A stretch of 64,000 nucleotides of DNA from assembly GCA_963706325.1 (NCBI GenBank), contig CAVPLT010000007.1:256001-320000 (forward strand). Reading direction: 5' to 3'. Shown one piece after another: positions 20,001 to 29,739 of the stretch. The DNA is from an uncultured Nitrospiraceae bacterium. GTDB lineage: Bacteria > Nitrospirota > Nitrospiria > Nitrospirales > Nitrospiraceae. The position numbers and the translations under genes are program-made. The stretch's first letter is position 1. Every line of letters starts with the position of its first letter. The notes beneath the pieces are model-generated. The model saw only the letters and a list, made by a program, of their open reading frames with translations. It made no database searches and was not told where the DNA came from.

Positions 20001-22465
20001 GGCTCCTCCTTCCGTACACCGGTCTTGTCCGCCGGCAGCATGATCACACAGGTGGCGCCCTGTCCTTCCGGACTCTCAAGCCGAATCTCGCCGCCGAATT
20101 TCTTGATCAATCGTTGCGCCACCGTCAATCCGAGGCCGGATCCCTCGCCTTGCCCTTTGGTCGTAAAGAACGGGTCGAAGACTTTGCCCAAGTGTTGCTT
20201 GGGAATGCCCGGCCCATTGTCCCGGATTCTGATGGTGATCATCCCACCCTGCTCCTCCGTGCTCAGCCACAAATCGCCCCGCCCCCCCATGGCCTGAATG
20301 GCGTTGGTGAGAATGTTGATGAAGGCGAGACGGACCTGGTCGGGAAGGGCCGTCACAGGGGGAAGCGTCACATAGTGTTTCTGGACGTTCAGCCCCAGGC
20401 AATCGTGGGACGTCTGCACGAGGGCGAGCGCTTGCTCCAATTGAGCGGTGACATCTACCGGCATACGCTGGCTTTTGGATTCTCGAGCGGCGACTCCCGT
20501 GAAATCTCGAATAATGGCCGCCATTTTTCGTCCATGACCCACGATGTCCTGCGCATACCCCTTGGCCCGCGCTAAATCACCTTCTTCTTGAATGGCCTCC
20601 CCGAGACCGAGAATCCCGAACAGCGGATTGTTGAGTTCATGCCCGATCCCGGCGGTCAACACGTCGAGGCTGCCGGATTTCTCAGCTTGTATCAGCTGAT
20701 CTTGCAAGCGGTTCTCATCGGTCGTATCGCGCAGCACGAGCCCGAATCGCTTTCCCGCACCACTGCGAGTTTGCAGCAGAAACCACTCATAGTGGTACAG
20801 ATGAGAGTCGAGCGACAGCTCTTGCCGCCTCGAAGGTGAGGTTTGATTGAGCCTAGGGTTGAGCGGATCGCGGGCTTCTTTCAGTGAGTATTCTTGATCG
20901 GATGGAGGCGCCGTCGTTGGTGCGCCGCGCGCCACTGCGCGGAGGTTTTGTCGAAGGGCCTGGAGGTGCTCCTGATCGAGAGGCAGCAGATCGAAGAGCG
21001 AGCGTCCGGACCAGCCGTCCTCGCTTGTATTGAGGGCCTCCCGCGACGCCCGATTCATATATTGAATGTGGTCCTGTTGGTCGATCATGATGATCGGAGT
21101 CGGCACGGCGTCGAGGACCTGATCGGTCGATTTCTGCAGATACTGCACTTCCTGTGTTTTTTCTTCGACCTGCGTCGTGAGCCCGGCAAAGGCGGCTTCC
21201 AGTTGGGTGTGCATGCGGTTGAACTCCGCTGCGAGTTCCTCCAGTTCATCCCCGGTACGGATTTGGATCGGCTCGCGCAACTCTCCGCGTCCGATGAGTC
21301 GAGCGGCTTCCTGCAGGCGCCGGACCGGAGTGACGATGCGGCTGGCCGCGAAGTATCCCAAAGTGGCAAGCAGTCCGAGCGCAATAACGGCAAGAACGCC
21401 CATCCATAGCATGAGATGACGAATGGGGGCGAACAGCTCATCTGAGGATTGCCACACGAAAGTATGCCATGCACCGTTGTCCAGGGTGCCGTTCGTGGCG
21501 CGGCTGGTCTCCGGAAGCGGAGCGAATCCGATGATGGCGGTGCCCTGCCCTCCATGTCCGTCGCTGTCGGCCGTCACCCAGCCGGGCTGGCGGGTCGTGA
21601 CCTGCGGAATCAGCGCCGGATCTGATAGACGAACCCCGGTGGGGAGAATGGGACAACTGAGAACGATCCCACGGCTGTCGATCAGCATCACGTGGCCGGT
21701 TTTGCCGAATCGAATGGGATGGGTGGCGGGTGAGAAAAATTCTTTGGCGTCGATCACACGATGGAGCACGCCGACCACCTCATAACGCAGACTGTCCATG
21801 ATCGGAAGGGAGATGCTGACGACATAGGCATTAGCCTGATCATCGAAATGGAGGTCTTCAATGTAGATTTGACCCGCGCCTTTGTTGAAAGCGCCTTTCC
21901 ACCAGGGGCTGTCGGCATGGACAAAGCTGGGTGTTGTCGTCAAAGCGGCAAAGAGATGTCCTTCCACATCTGTCACGAACAGCTTCTTTGTGGCGGCGCG
22001 GACGACTTGGGGCAGGAGGAGGTCGGATTCGCTCTGTGAACCGACATAAAATCCCCGCAATAGGAGCGCGGTGGGACTCTCATTGATGGCTTTCATAACG
22101 GTAGGATCTCGCGCCTCCCATCGCGCCTGTTGCTGAGCGAGCGAGATACGCGCAGAGTTCTTGTCTGCCGCCTGCAGCGCATCGCGTCGCCGCTCCAATT
22201 CCCGGACAATGTCCGGATGGACGGCAATGCGGGAGGTTCTGGCAACCTCCTCCGCCACGAGCAAATCCAACTTTCTGGCGGCTTCCGTGGCCAATGCCTG
22301 GAAACTCTCGCCGCTCACAACCTGGATTTCCTTTGAGCCCTGCAGAAACGCCATGCCGAGGCCAAGGAGAAGGGGCACCACGCCGACCAGCAGCATGGAG
22401 ACGATGAGCTTACGTTTCAGTCCCCATCCGAGGGCCTTAGAGAGTGGGCGCGAGGTGGTCGTCAT
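19985..22465 (-). CDS. Sensor histidine kinase (TM-Cache-TM-HAMP-PAS-HisKA-HATPase)
   Basis: Two TMs, HAMP (PVRRLQEAA..GDELEELA..FN), GIGHELNNPL, DNGPGI, FDPFFTTK; ATG overlaps the upstream stop. Confidence 0.92.
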   Translation of the reverse strand: MTTTSRPLSKALGWGLKRKLIVSMLLVGVVPLLLGLGMAFLQGSKEIQVVSGESFQALATEAARKLDLLVAEEVARTSRIAVHPDIVRELERRRDALQAADKNSARISLAQQQARWEARDPTVMKAINESPTALLLRGFYVGSQSESDLLLPQVVRAATKKLFVTDVEGHLFAALTTTPSFVHADSPWWKGAFNKGAGQIYIEDLHFDDQANAYVVSISLPIMDSLRYEVVGVLHRVIDAKEFFSPATHPIRFGKTGHVMLIDSRGIVLSCPILPTGVRLSDPALIPQVTTRQPGWVTADSDGHGGQGTAIIGFAPLPETSRATNGTLDNGAWHTFVWQSSDELFAPIRHLMLWMGVLAVIALGLLATLGYFAASRIVTPVRRLQEAARLIGRGELREPIQIRTGDELEELAAEFNRMHTQLEAAFAGLTTQVEEKTQEVQYLQKSTDQVLDAVPTPIIMIDQQDHIQYMNRASREALNTSEDGWSGRSLFDLLPLDQEHLQALRQNLRAVARGAPTTAPPSDQEYSLKEARDPLNPRLNQTSPSRRQELSLDSHLYHYEWFLLQTRSGAGKRFGLVLRDTTDENRLQDQLIQAEKSGSLDVLTAGIGHELNNPLFGILGLGEAIQEEGDLARAKGYAQDIVGHGRKMAAIIRDFTGVAARESKSQRMPVDVTAQLEQALALVQTSHDCLGLNVQKHYVTLPPVTALPDQVRLAFINILTNAIQAMGGRGDLWLSTEEQGGMITIRIRDNGPGIPKQHLGKVFDPFFTTKGQGEGSGLGLTVAQRLIKKFGGEIRLESPEGQGATCVIMLPADKTGVRKEEPCVPS

Positions 22466-23511
22466 AGGGATGCGCCTGGCAGCGTCGGCTGACCCTGTGA
22501 AAATTCGATGCGGAAGGTCGTGCCGACGCCGACGTCGCTCTCGACGCAAATGTGACCTTCCATCTTCGAGATCACCGCCATCACATTGTACAATCCCAAC
22601 CCGGTGCCTTTCCCCGGGGGCTTGGTTGTGTAGAGCGGTTCAAAGATCTTGGAGAACGCCTCCTTGGGAATCCCGCATCCCGTATCGCTGACCGAGGCGG
22701 TGATTCCTCCGTCCGGCCCGACGGCGGTCTGGAGCGTTAAGGTGCCGCGCTTCGTGATGGCTTGAACGGCATTCGTAATCAAATTGACGAAGACGTGGAG
22801 CAGTTCATCCGGGTTACCGGTCACCATGGCGTCCTCAGCGTAGTGTTTGATGACCGTAACATCCTGGAGGGTGACGGCATAACGCGCAATTTTCAGCGCT
22901 TCATCCATTTTCAGGTTGAGGTTGACGGCAACGGCTTCTCCCTCACCGTTCCGCCTCGCATAGCTGGTCAGGTCACGGCAGATGGCACTGGTGCGTTTGA
23001 CGGCTTCCGTGATATCGCCGGCCTGCTCGTGGATGACCTCCAGGTCCTGTTCCTCCGTCAGGTTTTCCGCAAGCCCAAGGATCAGTTGTAGTGGATTATT
23101 GATGTCATGGGCGATGCCGGCGGCGAAGGAGCCCAGTCCCGCCATTTTGTCGGCTTGAAACAGTTCGGCTTCAAGTTTTGCCTGGTGTTGGACGAGGTTC
23201 CATAGCAATCGTGTGGTGGCTCCGCTGAGGACCTCGGAGCCTGGACGTTTCGTGGCATAAATGAGCGGTCCCATAATTGGATCGCCGGTCACGTCCATAA
23301 TCAGGTTAACGCCGTGATTTTGGATGAGATCCTGTATCCGTTCGGCGACCGGCACGTGTAGCTCCCGCGCGCGCTTAAGCCCAGGAGCGGTCGGATCTTT
23401 ATCTGCAATGCCCACGATTTCAATATCCGGGATTTGATGCAGCATCTCGAGGAGAGCAATACCGCCCTTCCCGGCGCCGACGATCGCGACTTTACTTGGA
23501 GCAGTGCTCAT
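22462..23511 (-). CDS. Soluble histidine kinase with N-terminal Rossmann-like domain
   Basis: KVAIVGAGKGG..EIVGIAD..DVTG, then GIAHDINNPL, DTGCGI, GTGLGL. Confidence 0.9.
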   Translation of the reverse strand: MSTAPSKVAIVGAGKGGIALLEMLHQIPDIEIVGIADKDPTAPGLKRARELHVPVAERIQDLIQNHGVNLIMDVTGDPIMGPLIYATKRPGSEVLSGATTRLLWNLVQHQAKLEAELFQADKMAGLGSFAAGIAHDINNPLQLILGLAENLTEEQDLEVIHEQAGDITEAVKRTSAICRDLTSYARRNGEGEAVAVNLNLKMDEALKIARYAVTLQDVTVIKHYAEDAMVTGNPDELLHVFVNLITNAVQAITKRGTLTLQTAVGPDGGITASVSDTGCGIPKEAFSKIFEPLYTTKPPGKGTGLGLYNVMAVISKMEGHICVESDVGVGTTFRIEFSQGQPTLPGASL

Positions 23512-23647
23512 TGTGCTGGTCCATGGGTGAGATGAAAGACCGGCTTCAATCTGGCGATGTGACTGCATCCACGCTCGCCCGCGCGTTCCGGGGAGGTTTT
23601 TTGACCTCCCCGGACTCATGGTGGAACAGCGCCGACATCAGCCGCGG

Positions 23648-24082
23648 CTACAGGCGAGCCAGTTCGCGTTGTTCCATGGCCCTCGCCACGGCCGTGCGTA
23701 ATTTCTCGCCTTCTACCGGTTTCACCAAGTAATCGACGACACCACTGCGCAAGAATGAGGTCGCCATGTCGGTGTCGGGGAAACCCGTCAATACAATGAT
23801 CGGCACACGCGGCCATTCCTGTTGGAAATAGGCAATGGCTTCGACCCCATTAATCTTAGGCATGCGGATGTCGCATATGAGCACGTCCAGCAATAGCCGG
23901 TTTTCCCCCGTATTAATGGCCTCAATTGCCTTCTCACCATTCTCCGCTTCAATAACTTCGTAGCCGGCTTTCTGCAAGGTCATGCGGACGACTTTGCGGA
24001 TGTCTGGTTCGTCATCGACGACGAGCACGCGGCCGTTGCAGGCAGACTCGCTCATGAAGAAACCAGATTTAAACTCTCCCAT
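23648..24082 (-). CDS. Single-domain response regulator
   Basis: VLVVDDE, CDIRMP, LTG, YLVKP; RBS AAGGAGG. Confidence 0.93.
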   Translation of the reverse strand: MGEFKSGFFMSESACNGRVLVVDDEPDIRKVVRMTLQKAGYEVIEAENGEKAIEAINTGENRLLLDVLICDIRMPKINGVEAIAYFQQEWPRVPIIVLTGFPDTDMATSFLRSGVVDYLVKPVEGEKLRTAVARAMEQRELARL

Positions 24083-24143
24083 GATGCCCTCCTTGATGGT
24101 TATCTGGACGTTGGTTACATATCCACGCTTGTTCCCAGGTAAC

Positions 24144-24159
24144 AGCAACAGATATGCCA
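24144..24159 (-). promoter_or_regulatory. Sigma54 (-24/-12) promoter
   Basis: Minus strand TGGCATATCTGTTGCT with exact GG-N10-GC spacing, about 60 nt upstream of the regulator start. Confidence 0.7.
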
Positions 24160-24656
24160 CCAAGAAGCCGCCTTAAAGCATAGTGATTTCATGGCATTGT
24201 GATTAACGCGCGTATGGGATACGGCGTATGGTGGCTGGTAACCACCAAGCCTGGTGAAATACACCACCGCGCAGTTCTCAAAGTGGGGCGGTGGAGAGGA
24301 GCGCGCGGCACGTTGGGAACAGGGAGAATCACTTGGTCCCTGCCAAACGATGAATCAATTGGCGCGCCTCCGCCTCAAGCATAACGCAGAAGAAGGTTGC
24401 ATCGACGTACGTTGCTGACTCTCGAGGACGACCACAAGTCCGAGTAGGCGTGATGCGTATGATGGAATGAACGAAAAATACAGATAAACCGTAACAAGTA
24501 TGTTGTCAGTCTATGAGCGGTGACGAAGACACCGGTTGAAGCATCGAACGGCCTGTGCAGTTGCCAGCCATTTTCCATCGCTGTGGGGTCGGCCATCACC
24601 ACTTTGAGGGGATCAGAATTGCCTTCGGCTCCGCAAATGCGTTATGCTCCATCACG

Positions 24657-24902
24657 ATGATTAGCGCTGAATCTGTGACTACATTCATTCGCCAGATGTT
24701 TCCTGACGCCGCAGTGACGGTCATCGACAAGACCGGCACACAGGACCATTTGATCGTAAGGGTGACCTCAGACGGGTTTCTTGATAAAAATCTGCTGGAC
24801 CGACATCGAATGGTGTACCAGGCACTGGCAATTCCAATGAAAGACGGACGGATTCACGCCTTGGAGATTTCTGCCAAAACCAAGACTGAAGCACGGCAAT
24901 AG
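24657..24902 (+). CDS. BolA/IbaG-family protein
   Basis: DH..V.V.SDGF..K.LLDRHRMVYQAL..IHALEI. Confidence 0.9.
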   Translation: MISAESVTTFIRQMFPDAAVTVIDKTGTQDHLIVRVTSDGFLDKNLLDRHRMVYQALAIPMKDGRIHALEISAKTKTEARQ

Positions 24903-24912
24903 GGAGAGATAT

Positions 24913-25239
24913 ATGGCTGATCAGATCGATGAAGAAATTCAGAAAGAAATCAAAGCGAATAAGATTTTGATCTATGGCAAAGGCACGAAGACGATGCCGA
25001 TGTGTGGCTTCACCAGGGAAACCATGCAATTTTTCGATAAATACGGCTATCCGTATGAACTCGTCGACGTGTTGTCCCAGCCGGCCAAACGCGACGCGTT
25101 GACCAAATTGACGAACTGGCCCACTCTACCGAAGGTATTCATCGACGGACAGTTTTTTGGCGATACGGACATCCTGGATCCGATGGAAGCCAAAGGCGAA
25201 GTCGTACCTCTGCTGAAGAAAGCCTTCGGCGCCGAGTAG
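24913..25239 (+). CDS. Monothiol glutaredoxin (Grx4/GrxD-like)
   Basis: KGT..MPMCGFT, WPTLPKVFIDG. Confidence 0.9.
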   Translation: MADQIDEEIQKEIKANKILIYGKGTKTMPMCGFTRETMQFFDKYGYPYELVDVLSQPAKRDALTKLTNWPTLPKVFIDGQFFGDTDILDPMEAKGEVVPLLKKAFGAE

Positions 25240-25329
25240 GACACGTCTACTCGCTGCGTTACTGCCATGACGTTCTGAGTAAGTTCTTGCGCGAGTTCCC
25301 CCTTGCCGATAGAATCTCCCATACTACGT

Positions 25330-26766
25330 ATGGGAGAGGATACTCACGGGAAGATTCCGCTTTGTGTGGATCTTGATGGCACGCTCATCAAGACCGATCT
25401 TTTATGGGAATCCCTGTTGGCGCTTCTCAAGCAGCGCCCACTCTCTATCTTGCTGCTTCCATTCTGGTTGCTCAAAGGACGAGCCTATTTCAAGCACGAG
25501 ATTGCACGCCGAGTGACCCTGGACGTCACGACACTTCCTTACCAACAAGATCTGTTAGCCTTTCTATTCAGTGAACGCGAGTCTGGGCGAGAATTGGCGC
25601 TCGCCACTGCCAGTCATGTGACCTTCGCGCAGGCGGTGGCGGCTCATCTCGGCTTGTTTGACGGACGTGTCTATGGCAGCGATGCCAGGGTCAATCTCAA
25701 GGGTGCGCGAAAGGTGTCCCTGTTGGTCGAACGGTACGGGGCCCGCCGATTTGCCTATGCGGGAAACTCGACGGCTGACTTGCCGGTGTGGGCTGAAGCA
25801 CACGAAGCCATCGTTGTGAATGCGTCCTCCGGATTGGTGCGCCGCGCGCAAGCGCTGGCTCCAGTCAGTCGAGTTTTCAGTGCGCCGGTGAGTTGGCTGA
25901 GATTGCTGGCGAAGGCCTTGCGCGTGCATCAATGGGCCAAGAATGTGCTGGTATTCATTCCAGTCGTCGCCTCACATCAAATCGCCGACAAGACGCTTTT
26001 GATTCAGGCAGGGTTGGCCTTCTTGTCCTTCAGTTTTTCGGCTTCTTCCGTTTACATCCTGAATGATTGTCTTGACCTGGCTTCGGATCGCCGGCATCCG
26101 CGTAAAAAGAATCGTCCCTTTGCGTCCGGCGGCCTTTCGATTCCGTTCGGACTGCTGCTAGCTCTCAGTTGTTTGCTCGTCGGCGTTCTCCTGGCCGTCA
26201 TGCTTCCACCGTTGTATCTGCTCGTGTTGGCCGGCTATCTGGTCCTGACGACCGGTTACTCGTTTTACTTGAAGCAGTTTGTCCTGGTGGATGTCATTGT
26301 ATTGGCCCAGCTCTACACCGTGAGAATCTATGGTGGGGGCGCTGCCACAGGGGTGGTCCCATCCCATTGGCTGCTGACTTTTTCGTTGTTTTTGTTCCTC
26401 AGTCTCGCGCTCGTCAAGCGGTTCACCGAGCTCCGGCTCATGAGCCAAGCCGAAGGTACGGCTTGGCACGGACGAGGTTATTGGGTGTCCGATCTGGAGC
26501 ATATCTCCAATATCGGTTCGGCGAGCGGTCTGCTGGCAGTGTTGGTGCTGGCGCTCTACATCAGCAGTAAGGAGGTGCTCCTGCTATATTCCCATTCAGA
26601 GGTGCTGTGGCTGGTCTGCCCTGTGATGTTGTATTGGATCACCCGAGTGTGGATGTTGGCGTATCGAAACCGGATGGATGACGATCCGGTCGTCTTCGCC
26701 GTTCGGGACCCCAAGAGTTATGTGATGGCAGCGATGATCGGCGCTATTCTGTTCCTCGCGAAATAA
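25330..26766 (+). CDS. UbiA-family prenyltransferase/phosphoribosyltransferase with N-terminal HAD-like domain
   Basis: VDLDGTL, RVHQWAKN, NDCLDLASDRRHP.KK.RPFASG, DDPVVFA. Confidence 0.9.
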   Translation: MGEDTHGKIPLCVDLDGTLIKTDLLWESLLALLKQRPLSILLLPFWLLKGRAYFKHEIARRVTLDVTTLPYQQDLLAFLFSERESGRELALATASHVTFAQAVAAHLGLFDGRVYGSDARVNLKGARKVSLLVERYGARRFAYAGNSTADLPVWAEAHEAIVVNASSGLVRRAQALAPVSRVFSAPVSWLRLLAKALRVHQWAKNVLVFIPVVASHQIADKTLLIQAGLAFLSFSFSASSVYILNDCLDLASDRRHPRKKNRPFASGGLSIPFGLLLALSCLLVGVLLAVMLPPLYLLVLAGYLVLTTGYSFYLKQFVLVDVIVLAQLYTVRIYGGGAATGVVPSHWLLTFSLFLFLSLALVKRFTELRLMSQAEGTAWHGRGYWVSDLEHISNIGSASGLLAVLVLALYISSKEVLLLYSHSEVLWLVCPVMLYWITRVWMLAYRNRMDDDPVVFAVRDPKSYVMAAMIGAILFLAK

Positions 26767-26776
26767 GGGAGCCTGG

Positions 26777-27511
26777 TTAGATTCCCCACCCGCCGCTGAG
26801 ATGCAGGTTCGCGCCGTTGACGTAACGCGCATCATCGCTCAGCAAGAATCGCACGGCGGCCACGGTGTCCGCCACACTTCCGATATATCCCGCTGGAATT
26901 CGTTTGACCACTCCAGCCAGTTCCTCGGGTGGTGCGCTGCCAGAATCGATAAAGCCGGGGGAGATGGCATTGACCGTGATGCCATAAGGAGCCAGCAGTT
27001 TCGCCAGCGTGCGTGTCAGGATCAGCACCCCGGCCTTGGCGATGTAGTGGCCTGTCACATCCGGCTGGGCCACCATCTGGTCCGCATTGGCCATACCGAA
27101 GTTGATGATCCGTCCCTGCTTCCTCGCCTTCATCCCCGGCGCCACCGCTTGTCCCAGGTAAAAGATAGGATGCAGGTTTCCGTCGAACATCTCACGCCAG
27201 CCCGCCGTTGTTTCGTCGAATAGGTTCACGCGATGGTAGGGGCCTGCGCCATTGATCAGCGCATCGATGGCGCCCCATTCCCGCTCGACCTGCGCGGCCA
27301 ATTGTGTGGCGGATTCGGGGTCAGACACGTCGCATTTTACGGCTAGAACCTGACCCCCGCGCGCGACAATCTCCTTGCTGGTCTCCTGAGCCGCTTCCGC
27401 GCTCGTGCGATAACAAATGGCGATCGACCACTGTTGTGAGGCCAGATCCAGCGCAATCGCGCGCCCGATCCCTTTTGCGCCACCAGTTATAAGGGCGACT
27501 TTGTTTGCCAT
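26777..27511 (-). CDS. SDR-family oxidoreductase with atypical catalytic motif
   Basis: TGGAKGIG, CYRTS, ITVNAISPG; HYIAK in place of YxxxK. Confidence 0.88.
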   Translation of the reverse strand: MANKVALITGGAKGIGRAIALDLASQQWSIAICYRTSAEAAQETSKEIVARGGQVLAVKCDVSDPESATQLAAQVEREWGAIDALINGAGPYHRVNLFDETTAGWREMFDGNLHPIFYLGQAVAPGMKARKQGRIINFGMANADQMVAQPDVTGHYIAKAGVLILTRTLAKLLAPYGITVNAISPGFIDSGSAPPEELAGVVKRIPAGYIGSVADTVAAVRFLLSDDARYVNGANLHLSGGWGI

Positions 27512-27783
27512 ATATTCCTCGCTGTTTGGATGCCTGAAAAGTCCGCCGGAATCTTCCTTCGTCATTGAGGCTTGAGCGCATCGGCACAGAGTCATTCAGG
27601 CCGACAGCGCTGGATCACCGCTCGCCGTCGTCCACAAACCCTGCATCCATCAGTCTGCCTGTCGTCGACTTGCTGGGACCGTACCGGACAGCTTTTTAGA
27701 AGAATCCGCAGACGCGCGCGAATTTATCGGTCACGCATGATAGTCGGCTGTTGAGGCCGTTAGGATGACTGCTCAGCGGCCGC

Positions 27784-28536
27784 TTAGATTTGGCGTGTTC
27801 GAAGGCGTTTCGCGAGCAATTCCAACGTGCCTGCCGTTCGCATTGAGAATACCCGTTCTTGCTTAGGCCGTGTTTTGTCCGCGGCGCTCTCGTCGATCAA
27901 CGCCTCAAGGTTATCGATGGTGTCCACATCGCTCCAGGGCAGGAGGAGGGAGATCGTTAATCCTGCCGCAATGGCCTTTTGCTGCGTGAGGGCCATGACG
28001 CCATCTGTGGACCAGGGAATGTTTATGAACAGGTCGTGATGTGGACGGGTCAGCCCTATGAGATAGTACCCGCCGTCGATGGCTGGACCAATCACTACAT
28101 CGTGATGAATGAGCGACTCCATGGCATCGCGATAGTGTGTGAGCGGCAGCGATGGCACATCGGTGCCCACGAGGCAGATCCGCTTGTAGCCCTGACGAAA
28201 AAGGTGATCGAACGCGTGATGCATCCGTATTCCGAGATCGTCGCCCTGCTGGTCGAGAAGCGTGACACCGTGGCGGGCTTCCATGATGCGAAAAAAGACA
28301 TGGCTGCTTGATGGGGCGCAGGCGAGAAATCGATCAACTGGAAGTTTGAACTTGCCGACGGCGGCCTTGGTGCGCTCGAGTGTATCGAGTACGAAGCTGC
28401 CGTGGAGAGTCGCCGCCTCGTCTTCGGTCAGGGCGGGCGTCAGCCGTGACTTCACCTGCCCCGGGATCGGGGCCTTGGCGAAAATCACCAAGGCTGCAGG
28501 CATCTTTCCCTGTCGTTCGGGCGTCTTACTAGTCAT
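27784..28536 (-). CDS. TIGR04282/DUF2064 CofC-like transferase
   Basis: IFAKAP.PGQVKSRL, QQGDDLG.RM, GTDVP, GPAIDGGYYLIG, DVDT. Confidence 0.9.
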   Translation of the reverse strand: MTSKTPERQGKMPAALVIFAKAPIPGQVKSRLTPALTEDEAATLHGSFVLDTLERTKAAVGKFKLPVDRFLACAPSSSHVFFRIMEARHGVTLLDQQGDDLGIRMHHAFDHLFRQGYKRICLVGTDVPSLPLTHYRDAMESLIHHDVVIGPAIDGGYYLIGLTRPHHDLFINIPWSTDGVMALTQQKAIAAGLTISLLLPWSDVDTIDNLEALIDESAADKTRPKQERVFSMRTAGTLELLAKRLRTRQI

Positions 28537-28540
28537 TCAT

Positions 28541-29269
28541 TCATCTCGCGGTGCGGTAAAACCGTTGCAATCGATGCGGACTCACCCCGATCCAGTACAG
28601 GAAGCGCAGGGTCCACATCAAGACAATTGTGCGGATTGGGCCGTTGTGTTCCCAGCGACGGAAGGCAGTGACGACGCATGTGGTGAGTGGAATAAGGTGT
28701 CCGGCTCGTTTGAGGCGCCGCGTGAAATCGATATCTTCCATGAGCGGAATATCCGCGAATCCGCCGAGACGCTCAAAGACCTCCCGGCGGACGAAGAGGG
28801 CCTGGTCGCCGGTGGCAATGCCGCTCCATTTGGATCGTAGGTTCATCATGCGCGCGACAAGTCGAGCCATTGCTCGGTCAGAATCGAAGCGAACGTTGAA
28901 CCGCCCACCGACGGCAGTATCGTCCCGCAGTGCTTGGGAAATGGCCAGTGTGGCATCGACTGGGAGCAGGGTGTCGGCATGCAGGAACAGCAGCACATCT
29001 CCGCGGCAGCCATTGGCGCCGGCATTGAGCTGGCGGGCACGGCCTGGTGTCGACGACAACAGGCGAATGGAGTCGGGTGCGGAGGCATGGCCGACAGAGG
29101 GGACAGGGCGCGATTGCGTCGCGAATGATTCTACAAGAGCGCGGGTGGCATCGGAACTGCCGCCGTCCACGACGATGACATCGTCGAATCCGAGCGCGAC
29201 AGTGTGGGAAAGAGTACGGCCGATAAGGAGCGCTTCATTCAAGACCGGGAGGATGACCGTGATAGTCAT
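28541..29269 (-). CDS. TIGR04283 GT2-family glycosyltransferase
   Basis: ILPVLNE, VVDGGSSD, GRARQLNAGA, LFLHADT, TGDQALF, PLMED. Confidence 0.9.
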   Translation of the reverse strand: MTITVILPVLNEALLIGRTLSHTVALGFDDVIVVDGGSSDATRALVESFATQSRPVPSVGHASAPDSIRLLSSTPGRARQLNAGANGCRGDVLLFLHADTLLPVDATLAISQALRDDTAVGGRFNVRFDSDRAMARLVARMMNLRSKWSGIATGDQALFVRREVFERLGGFADIPLMEDIDFTRRLKRAGHLIPLTTCVVTAFRRWEHNGPIRTIVLMWTLRFLYWIGVSPHRLQRFYRTAR

Positions 29270-29335
29270 CGGCGGAGAAAGGCGACCGGCTTGTTCAGCG
29301 TCGCGCGCTCAGAGCATGGCACGATGCACCGTATG

Positions 29336-29737
29336 TCAAACCGTTCTTTTGGGTTCGCGAAACATGAAATACATGACCACGAAGATGGTAGACCAGAAGA
29401 CCACCTGCTTGTGCCAGAACAGCACCTCGCCATAATGGAAAAATGCCAAGCTGATCAGGACGGAACCGGCCATCAAGGAATAGCGGACGGTCGGATTCTC
29501 AACGACCGCGTTAGCCCAGACGGCGATGCCGCTAAAGTAGATCAACAGCGGGACGACGTTGATTTCGAACCCGCCGCTGATCGAAAGAAACACATCGAGG
29601 AATCCGATGAACATCAGGGCCGTGCCGATCATCATCCCAATGACATGGGCCTGGCGGTCGGCGTTGCTCTCATCGTCAGGGCGGTGTGCAGTTGTGAGCC
29701 GACGAGTCGAAGGTTCCGGGAGGTCGCTGGGTGCCAT
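29336..29737 (-). CDS. Small four-TM membrane protein
   Basis: Hydrophobic segments; starts 2 nt after the dcd stop. Confidence 0.75.
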   Translation of the reverse strand: MAPSDLPEPSTRRLTTAHRPDDESNADRQAHVIGMMIGTALMFIGFLDVFLSISGGFEINVVPLLIYFSGIAVWANAVVENPTVRYSLMAGSVLISLAFFHYGEVLFWHKQVVFWSTIFVVMYFMFREPKRTV

Positions 29738-29739
29738 AA

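Noticed and set aside
27784..29269. Arsenosugar or selenosugar pathway call for the TIGR04282/04283 pair
   Set aside because: No ArsS/ArsM-like or SelD-like genes and no evident Sec codon nearby; the adjacent radical SAM is KamA-type
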